Shown here in pieces: positions 1-8,000 of a DNA stretch of 64,000 nt (position 1 is its first letter; each line of letters starts with the position of its first letter). The position numbers were made by a program, and so were the translations under genes. The DNA comes from Desulfatiglandales bacterium. Its GTDB lineage: Bacteria > Desulfobacterota > DSM-4660 > Desulfatiglandales > Desulfatiglandaceae. The stretch spans positions 2,592,001 through 2,656,000 of the forward strand of contig OY759599.1 in assembly GCA_963662465.1 (NCBI GenBank), in the 5' to 3' direction. The notes under the pieces were generated by a model. That model did no database searches. It was not told the DNA's origin and saw only the letters and a program-made list of their open reading frames with translations.

Positions 1-2633
1 TTTGGGTTGCCCCCATCCCTGAGATTCTCAGTACCCTTAGAATCCGTACAGGTGCTTCTGACCCGGTCCAACTGTCCGCTGGAATCAAACCGGAGTACGC
101 CGCTGATATCTTCCACTTTGCCCTCCGAGGATCGGACGCTCCAGAACCACTGAGAAACCGTATTCAAATTTTCGTCTGCATCCATTTCCATCACCGGGTT
201 AAAAATGTAATCCACAGTTAAATCAATCTGATTGCCAAGGGAATCGTATACCCCAATCGTGGTGGAATAATCTTCCGGCTCCGAACCACCGGAAAGGGTC
301 ACCGGTGCAGAAACTGTGATAAATCCGCTCCCGTCCCCACTGGCAACGGCTGTGACCTGGGCCGGGGGAATGAGGTCGGAAGATTTGCCGCCCTCAAGAT
401 TGGTATTAGAAACCGCTCCGAATGGAACCTCACCGTTACCCCCCGCATAGGCGGTAACGAGGGCGGATGCGGCGGCGTTGCCATTGATTTTATCGGCAAT
501 ATCCGAAGCAGAACAGCCCTCCACCAGGGAAACCCTAATCTGTGTATCTACAACAGTAACCGTCACATCTGCAACAGCTGGACTCGGTATAACGTATTCA
601 ACTTGGATCCCGTTCCCGTCTGAGCCAGTCGTATTTGCCACAAAAAGAACCGCAGCGTCACCTTCTCCCAGGGTCTTGCTGGCGGAGCCGTTAAGCAGGT
701 AATTTTGGCCGATTTCAAGAGCGAAAGTACCACCCACAAGTTGCGTTGGGCCAGAGGCGCCTGGGTAACCACCGCTGTCCTCTCCCACAGAGGCAAAAAC
801 CAACGTGCTCGCATCTCCATCCGCATTGATAGCAGCGGCAATGTTTGCGGCTGTAATAGACGACCCATCAATTCCAACCTTGATGGTTTTACTTCCGTCA
901 GAAGCATCCTCTTCAACAACAACCTCACCTGAGTTGATACCACCTGTGAGATTGACTGCCGTATCCTCAAAGGAGACAACACCAGGACCTCCTGAAGCGA
1001 CAGTAACTAGAGCAAACGCATCAGTATCAGCCTCCACCCAACTTTTGATATTGTCCGCCGTAGTAGTTGCTCCAATACCTATCTTAATATTATTTGCATC
1101 AACAATAACGTCACCATCTGCAATACCGCCTTTGAGAGTTGTTTCTCCAGTCGAAACGTTTCCTGCACCGTTATTCGCAGCCCAGGCTAGCACCTGGAAA
1201 CCCGCAGTGGCATCAGCATTGATAGCAGCAGCGACTTCTGCGGCTGTGAAACTACCCCCCCCCAAATTGACCGTTATCGTATCCGGAGAAGTACCAGCAA
1301 CAGAAATAAGCAAACCGCCGGTTCCATTATCGACATATTCAACTTTCATGTTCCCATCCACCCCAGCGACTTTTGCCTCAAAATTAACAAGAGCATCACC
1401 TGCCCCGAGGGTTCCAACAGCTTTCACATCGTCAGTGACATATTCTATTTGGATGTCGTTTCCTACCTCACCATCAGCGTTTGCCGTAAAGGTAACAGCC
1501 GCATTGCCGGTCCCTATGGTCGCTGCAGCTTTCACAGGCGTACCGGCATCGACATATTCCACATAGATATCCTCCCCACCTACACCCGAAACCAGCGGCA
1601 TAAAGCTGACAGCCTCATCGCCTGTACCGATGGTGTTGGTGTTGGTGCCGGTCATAACACTGACCGCGCCGACACCTTTTGAAATCGCGGTGAGCAAAAC
1701 CGATGCCTCAGCATCAGCATTGACCGCTTCAGCTATTTCTTTGGCTGTTGTTGTGCCTTCTACAATTGTAACCGTAATGGTTGTGGTCCCGGAAGGAAAT
1801 TCTTGAACATTAACTCCCAAAGTGGATCCGGCGGATGCGGGAACGTATTGGACCTGGATATTATTGCCTTCCGTCCCGGCAGCATTTGCCACAAATTGAA
1901 CCGCCGCAGCGCCGGCGCCGATTTTTGTTTCCGCTGCCACGTTAAAGTACGCATTGACCATGGCCGCGGCCTGGGACGCCGTCAAATCCTGCCCCCCCAT
2001 ATCAATGGTAAGGGAACTGCCTTCAGACGACACCACGGGACCGCCGCTGCCGGAATCAATATACCTTACATTCGTATCGTTTCCGTCCCCACCCGGCGTC
2101 CTCGCCGTGTAGGTTATGGAAGAAAAATTGTCCGTACAATCAACCATCACGCTGGCAGCCCTGTACTGACCATCCAGGTTGAAGTCCAATCCCATTTTTT
2201 CGGTGGCCACCGGCGATGAATTGACGTTGGCAATCCGGATGTCACCGGCAGCACCGATTTCCCCTGCATTTCCGATTTTGAAACCCTGTACTTTCATCCC
2301 GGCAGTATTGGTCAAAAGACCGTTTTCATCCAGATTGAACGACCCATCCCGCGTATAATATGCACCACCGGTAGCATCTTTGAGCTGAAACAACCCATCC
2401 CCCACAATAGCAAAATCCGTTGTCACGGCCGTCTGCTCCAGAGAACCCTGGTTCCAGACTTCCTTCGATCCCAGCCGTCCACTGCCCATGGCCGTGCTGA
2501 GGACATTCTGGAAACTGGTGTTTGCTGTCTTGTAGCCAACCGTATTGACATTGGCGATATTGGCCCCCACAATACCCAGCGCCGTGGAATTCGCTTTGAT
2601 GCCCGCAGTTCCCGTATACAATGAATCAAGCAT
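1..2633 (-). CDS. flgE: Flagellar hook protein FlgE paralogue, very long (>877 aa, runs off the window start)
   Basis: Missing from the ORF track because no stop falls in the window. Hand translation from ATG 2633: MLDSLYTGTAGIKANSTALGIVGANIANVNTVGYK...WNQGSLEQT...YYTRDGSFNLDENG...YSTTIGVYDSLGNQIDLTVDY. Colinear with the neighbouring FlgE apart from a ~600-aa repeated insert. Confidence 0.88.
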   Translation of the reverse strand, partial: MLDSLYTGTAGIKANSTALGIVGANIANVNTVGYKTANTSFQNVLSTAMGSGRLGSKEVWNQGSLEQTAVTTDFAIVGDGLFQLKDATGGAYYTRDGSFNLDENGLLTNTAGMKVQGFKIGNAGEIGAAGDIRIANVNSSPVATEKMGLDFNLDGQYRAASVMVDCTDNFSSITYTARTPGGDGNDTNVRYIDSGSGGPVVSSEGSSLTIDMGGQDLTASQAAAMVNAYFNVAAETKIGAGAAAVQFVANAAGTEGNNIQVQYVPASAGSTLGVNVQEFPSGTTTITVTIVEGTTTAKEIAEAVNADAEASVLLTAISKGVGAVSVMTGTNTNTIGTGDEAVSFMPLVSGVGGEDIYVEYVDAGTPVKAAATIGTGNAAVTFTANADGEVGNDIQIEYVTDDVKAVGTLGAGDALVNFEAKVAGVDGNMKVEYVDNGTGGLLISVAGTSPDTITVNLGGGSFTAAEVAAAINADATAGFQVLAWAANNGAGNVSTGETTLKGGIADGDVIVDANNIKIGIGATTTADNIKSWVEADTDAFALVTVASGGPGVVSFEDTAVNLTGGINSGEVVVEEDASDGSKTIKVGIDGSSITAANIAAAINADGDASTLVFASVGEDSGGYPGASGPTQLVGGTFALEIGQNYLLNGSASKTLGEGDAAVLFVANTTGSDGNGIQVEYVIPSPAVADVTVTVVDTQIRVSLVEGCSASDIADKINGNAAASALVTAYAGGNGEVPFGAVSNTNLEGGKSSDLIPPAQVTAVASGDGSGFITVSAPVTLSGGSEPEDYSTTIGVYDSLGNQIDLTVDYIFNPVMEMDADENLNTVSQWFWSVRSSEGKVEDISGVLRFDSSGQLDRVRSTCTDSKGTENLRDGGNP

Positions 2634-2700
2634 TTTAGTCCTCCTTTGTGTATTAAATATTATACATTAGTTATTTTCAACCGGTTACCCGGCGTTTATG

Positions 2701-4233
2701 CTATCGTTTCAGGCTGTTGGCTTCCTGCATCATTTCATCGCTGGTGGTGATGACCTTGGAGTTGGCCTGATAGGCCCGTTGAATGGTAATCATTTTAACA
2801 AACTCCTGCGCCAGATCCACGTTGCTCATCTCCAGAGAACCGGAACTGATAGCGCCGCGACCCCCGGTATTGGGCGCCCCGAAAATCGCATCCCCCGAAC
2901 TCGCGGTCGACTCAAACATGCCGCCCCCGACAGCCTTCAACCCGGAGTAATTGGCGAAACCGGCCAACCCGATCTGATAAAGGGCTTTGGATTTCCCATT
3001 GGAAAAAACACCCGACACTACCCCGTTACCGTCTATACTGACATCCTCAATGGCCCCTGCGGTGCATCCGTTCTGGGTTTGGGACCCGACCGAAGAGGAA
3101 GACGCAAAGCCGGTGGCGATCAAATCCCAATCGATGGTCAAATCTCCCGCGCCACTGCTCAGCTCCTTGATGGTGATGACGGGATTGCCGTCCGTCAAAG
3201 CATTCCCCGGCGAAGGCGGATCAGCCATTTCGCCTTCATCCCATTTAGTGTTCTCCGCATCCATTTGGCCGCTTCCGTCAAATTGGATAACGCCGTAGGT
3301 TTCGCATGTGCCATCGGACGATCGCGCTGCCCAAACCCATTGGGGAGTACCTTCCTCGTTGGGCTGGTATACAAAGTCGACGGTCAAATCCACCGCATTC
3401 CCCATTGAATCATATACAGTCATGGTCGTGGAATAATTGCTCGGCACCGTGCCACCACTCAAATTTTGAGAGTCAGTGACCTCTACGGCGCCGCTGCCAT
3501 TGCCCACGGCCGTGGCCGTGACCAATTCGGCGGCATCGCTTCCGTTTACCGCATCGGCAACAGCCGCTGCTGTTATTTCTTCGGCGGCTGCCCCCCCTAA
3601 ATCCACTGTGATGGTCTTTCCGGCCACAGAAACGCTCAAACCATCCGCCCCTGAATTAACATAGCGAATGCTGATATCATTCCCATCTTCACCCGGCTCG
3701 ACCGCCGTGTAGGTGACCCCTGAAAAATTCTCACTGCACACAATGGTTGTCGATGCGGCAGCGACTTCATTGTTAAGATTCAATCGGGTCGCCATCTCCG
3801 TGGTAACAGTAGCGGGAGAGGTGGTATCGGAAAAATTAATGTCTCCCAAAGCGCCCAACGCCCCATTGGCGGTTAACTGATATCCCTGAACACTCAAACC
3901 ACTCGCATTCACCAGATTTCCGTCGGCATCCAGGTTGAAAGTTCCGGCCCTTGTATAAAAGGTTTCCCCCTCGCTGTCGGACACCATGAACAACCCTTTC
4001 CCGAGAATAGCAAGATCCGTTGCCTTGCCGGTATCCTGTAGGGTGCCCTGGTTCCACGATTCGGAAGCGCCCCAGGTCTGCCCACCCAGGGTTTCGGCAA
4101 AGACACTGGCAAATTTGTCGGTTCCTGTTTTAAATCCGATAGTATTCACATTGGAGATATTGGACCCGACCACCCCCAACGCCGTGGAATTGTTGAGCAT
4201 TCCCCTTGTTCCCGCAGACATTGCATATATCAT
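2701..4233 (-). CDS. flgE: Flagellar hook protein FlgE (510 aa)
   Basis: NISNVNTIGFK N-terminus, YTRAGTFNLD, VYDSMGN, C-terminal LEMSNVDLAQEFVKMITIQRAYQANSKVITTSDEMM; follows flgD. Confidence 0.93.
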   Translation of the reverse strand: MIYAMSAGTRGMLNNSTALGVVGSNISNVNTIGFKTGTDKFASVFAETLGGQTWGASESWNQGTLQDTGKATDLAILGKGLFMVSDSEGETFYTRAGTFNLDADGNLVNASGLSVQGYQLTANGALGALGDINFSDTTSPATVTTEMATRLNLNNEVAAASTTIVCSENFSGVTYTAVEPGEDGNDISIRYVNSGADGLSVSVAGKTITVDLGGAAAEEITAAAVADAVNGSDAAELVTATAVGNGSGAVEVTDSQNLSGGTVPSNYSTTMTVYDSMGNAVDLTVDFVYQPNEEGTPQWVWAARSSDGTCETYGVIQFDGSGQMDAENTKWDEGEMADPPSPGNALTDGNPVITIKELSSGAGDLTIDWDLIATGFASSSSVGSQTQNGCTAGAIEDVSIDGNGVVSGVFSNGKSKALYQIGLAGFANYSGLKAVGGGMFESTASSGDAIFGAPNTGGRGAISSGSLEMSNVDLAQEFVKMITIQRAYQANSKVITTSDEMMQEANSLKR

Positions 4234-4277
4234 GATGTATTCTCCTTCCTTGTTCTCTGATTGCGCGTGGGTTTACC

Positions 4278-4952
4278 CTAGGACTGCAGAGTCTCCAGGA
4301 CTTCAACGATGTCGCCCAGGGGGATCCGCTTTTCCCCCGCCATCAGGTAAGTGGTTCCATTTTCAAAGGTTACACCGGTAATCCTTGCCGTGGAAAAGGT
4401 TGATACCTCAATCGTGTTTCCATCGGCATCCGTCGCCGCCACATTGAAGGTATAATCGCCATCCGACACCGAGTTACCCTCCAAATCGGTTCCATCCCAG
4501 GTGAGGGACTGCTCCCCGGAATTCAACGAACCGACATTAATGGTTGCCACAAGCTTATCCGCCTCGTCATAGATCGAAATGAGGGTTCCGCTTGCATCCT
4601 CCGGCAAATCAAAACTAATTTTTTCAGAAACCCCATCCGATACGTTAATAGAATCTCCCGATGCCTTGACGGTCTTGCCTATAAAATTGACGGACTGTGC
4701 ATTGTTGATGGACGCCTGATACAAATGCAGATATTCCAGGTTTTCATTGACGTTTGTGAGCTGTTCCAGGGAACTGAACTGGGCCAGCTGAGCCGTAAAC
4801 TCCGTACTTTCCGATGGGTTGAGCGGATCCTGATTTTGAAGTTGGGTCACCAGAAGTTTCAGGAAGTCCTCTTTTCCGACAATGGACGATTCTAAAGTAT
4901 TTGTTGCGCCGCTGCTTGCGGCGACTGAACCGATTAATTCTGTGCCTGCCAT
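4278..4952 (-). CDS. flgD: Flagellar hook cap protein FlgD
   Basis: FLKLLVTQLQNQDPLNP...FTAQLAQFSSLEQL motif, WDGTD Ig-like domain; lies between fliK and flgE. Confidence 0.96.
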   Translation of the reverse strand: MAGTELIGSVAASSGATNTLESSIVGKEDFLKLLVTQLQNQDPLNPSESTEFTAQLAQFSSLEQLTNVNENLEYLHLYQASINNAQSVNFIGKTVKASGDSINVSDGVSEKISFDLPEDASGTLISIYDEADKLVATINVGSLNSGEQSLTWDGTDLEGNSVSDGDYTFNVAATDADGNTIEVSTFSTARITGVTFENGTTYLMAGEKRIPLGDIVEVLETLQS

Positions 4953-5006
4953 TTGTTCATCCCTCCCTTGACCGGGGCATCATTCATGATAATGTACTGC
5001 ATGGTC

Positions 5007-8000
5007 TCATGCAAAAAAATCCACGGCGTTTTCATGGCGCATCGCTTTCGGGGTGGCATCCGCTCGTTCGGATTTTTCATCCTGCCTGGTATTCCCTTCC
5101 CTTTTTTGCCCGGCTCTCCCCTTTGTTCGATTGGCCGGTGAAGGGTTATATCCCGCCCCGTTTTTGTCTGAATCCTGGGACAGGGAAACATCAAATTTTT
5201 CAATCTCCAGTCCCTGGTTCTGAAAGTCCGCTTTGAGCTGATGGAGATTATGCTCAATCATCTCCTTGGCGACCAAGGTGTCTACCATCACTTTTACGGT
5301 AACCTGATGACTCTCGGTTAAAATACGAATTCTTAAATGCCCCAATGATTCCGGATGGAGCGACATTTTAACTTCCGATCGGCCATTTTTCAGAAGGAAC
5401 GCCGCAGTCCTGAACAACTGACCGAAACCGTTGCTCCCCTCTGACCGTTTCGGCAGTTCTTTCTCGTTGTCCGGGGCAACGATGGTATTGCTGTTATCGG
5501 ATATGGTGTACGTTTTCGGCGTTGCCTGTGTGTCCTCACCACTGACAGATTCCAGCTTTTCTGAAAGGTTATGGGAGATCTTTCCTTGGAATTGATTCGA
5601 TTTTTCAGATTCAGCCTGACCTTCTCGTTGTTCGGTGTTGGATTTTGAGGATTGCGTTTCCAATTCCAAGGCGCCGGCGGCCGCCCCAATGTTTGCTTTA
5701 AATCCGTCAGACGGTTCTTTTTGCCTCTTCTCGCCCTTTTCAGTCACGCTTACTTCGCCGACGCCGCTTCGGATGGCACGAAGAGAATCTGAAAACAGCG
5801 GGTTCTCCTTCCCTGCCGATGAACTCTCCCCGGAACCGCTTAAGATATTGCCGGTGGTTTTTGTTGCGTTAGATGACAACTCAGGGGTTGCGGAGGCTTT
5901 TTTTTTATCAACCACCGGTCGGGGGGATAATTCCTGGACCTTGGCCGAAAGCTTGACTCCATTCTCGGAAACCCCAGTCTCTTTCAAACCTGAAGCTTGG
6001 AACGATCCGCTCTCAGTCTTCCCAACAACCACTTTCCCGTTTTCTTTCCTGACAACCTTATCAACAGGGGCCTTGACGCCGCCTTTCGCAGGGGTTTTCC
6101 CTTCCGGCAACGGCTCGGGGATTGCCGATGTTGCCTTTTTATCAACCGCCAGCCGGGAAGATGATTCCTGGGCCTTGGCCGGAAGCTTGCCTCCATTCTC
6201 GGAAGACTCAGTCTCTTTCAAACCTGAAGCTTGAAACGATCCGCTCTCAGTCTTCCCAGCAACCACTTTCCCCATTTCTTTCCTGACAGCCTGATCAATA
6301 GGGGCCTTTACGCCCGCTTTCACAGGGGTTTTCGCTTCAGGCATCGGCTCGGGGTTTGACGATGTTGCCTTTTTATCAACCGCCAGCCGGGAAGATGATT
6401 CCTGGGCCTTGGCCGGAAGCTTGCCTCCATTCTCGGAAACCCCAGTCTCTTTCAAACCTGAAACTTGAAACGATCCGCTCTCAGTCTTCCCAACAACCAC
6501 TTTCCCCATTTCTTTCCTGACAACTTGATCAACAGTCGCTTTCACGCCGCCTTTCACAGGGGTTTTCGTTTCAGGCATTGGCTCGGGATTTGACGATGTT
6601 GTCTTTTTTTCAACCGCTGGCCGGGGGGATGATGCCTGGGCCTTATCCGAAAGCTTGACTCCATTCTCGGAAGACTCAGTCTCTTTCAAACCTGAAGCTT
6701 GGAACGATCCGCTCTCAGTCTTCCCAACAACCACTTTCCCCATTTCTTTCCTGACAACTTGATCAACAGTCGCTTTCACGCCGCCTTTCACAGGGGTTTT
6801 CGTTTCAGGCATTGGCTCGGGATTTGACGATGTTGTCTTTTTTTCAACCGCTGGCCGGGGGGATGATGCCTGGGCCTTATCCGAAAGCTTGACTCCATTC
6901 TCGGAAGACTCAGTCTCTTTCAAACCTGAAACTTGAAACAATCCGCTCTCAGTCTTCCCAACAACCACTTTCCCCATTTCTTTCTTGACAACTTGATCAA
7001 CAGACGCTTTCACGCCGCCTTTCACAGGGATTTTCGTTTCAGGCATTGGCTCGGGATTTGACGATGTTGTCTTTTTTTCAACCGCCGGCCGGGGGGATGA
7101 TGCCTGGGCCTTATCCGAAAGCTTGACTCCATTCTCGGAAGACTCAGTCTCTTTCAAACCTGAAGCTTGGAACGATCCGCTCTCAGTCTTCCCAACAACC
7201 ACTTTCCCCATTTCTTTCTTGACAACTTGATCAACAGACGCTTTCACGCCGCCTTTCGCAGGGGTTTTCGCTTCACTCAATGGCTCGGGGTTTGACGAGG
7301 TTGTCTTTTTTTCAACCCTGAGCCGGGGGGATGATGCCTGGGCCTTATCCGAAAGATTGACTCCATTCTCGGAAGACTCAGTCTCTTTCAAACCTGAACC
7401 TTGAAACGATCCGCTCTCAGTCTTCCCAATAACCATTTTCCCGTTTTCTTTCCCGGCAAGCTCAAAAACAGGCGCTTTCACGCCGCCTTTCGCAGGGGTT
7501 TTCGTTTCAGGCATTGGCTCGGGGTTTGACAATGTTGTCTTTTTTTCAACCACCGGCCGGGGGGATGATGCCTCTGCCTTATCCGAAAGCTTGACTCCAT
7601 TCTCGGAAGACTCAGTCTCTTTCAAACCTGAAGCTTGAAACAATCCGCTCTCAGTCTTCCCAACAACCACTTTCCCCATTTCTTTCCTGACAGCCTGATC
7701 AACAGGGGCCTTTACGCCAGCTTTCACAGAGGTTTTCGCTTCAAGCATCGGCTCAGGGTTTGACAATGTTGTCTTTTTTTCAACCGCCGGCCGGGGAGAT
7801 GATGCCTGGGCCTTATCCGAAAGATTTGCTCCTCGCTCAGAAACCCCAGATTCTTTCAAACCTGAAACTTGAAACGATCCGCTCTCAGTCTTCCCAACAA
7901 CCACTTTCCCCATTTCTTTCCTGACAGCCTGATCAACAGGGGCCTTTACGCCAGCTTTCACAGAGGTTTTCGCTTCAAGCATCGGCTCGGGGTTTGATGA

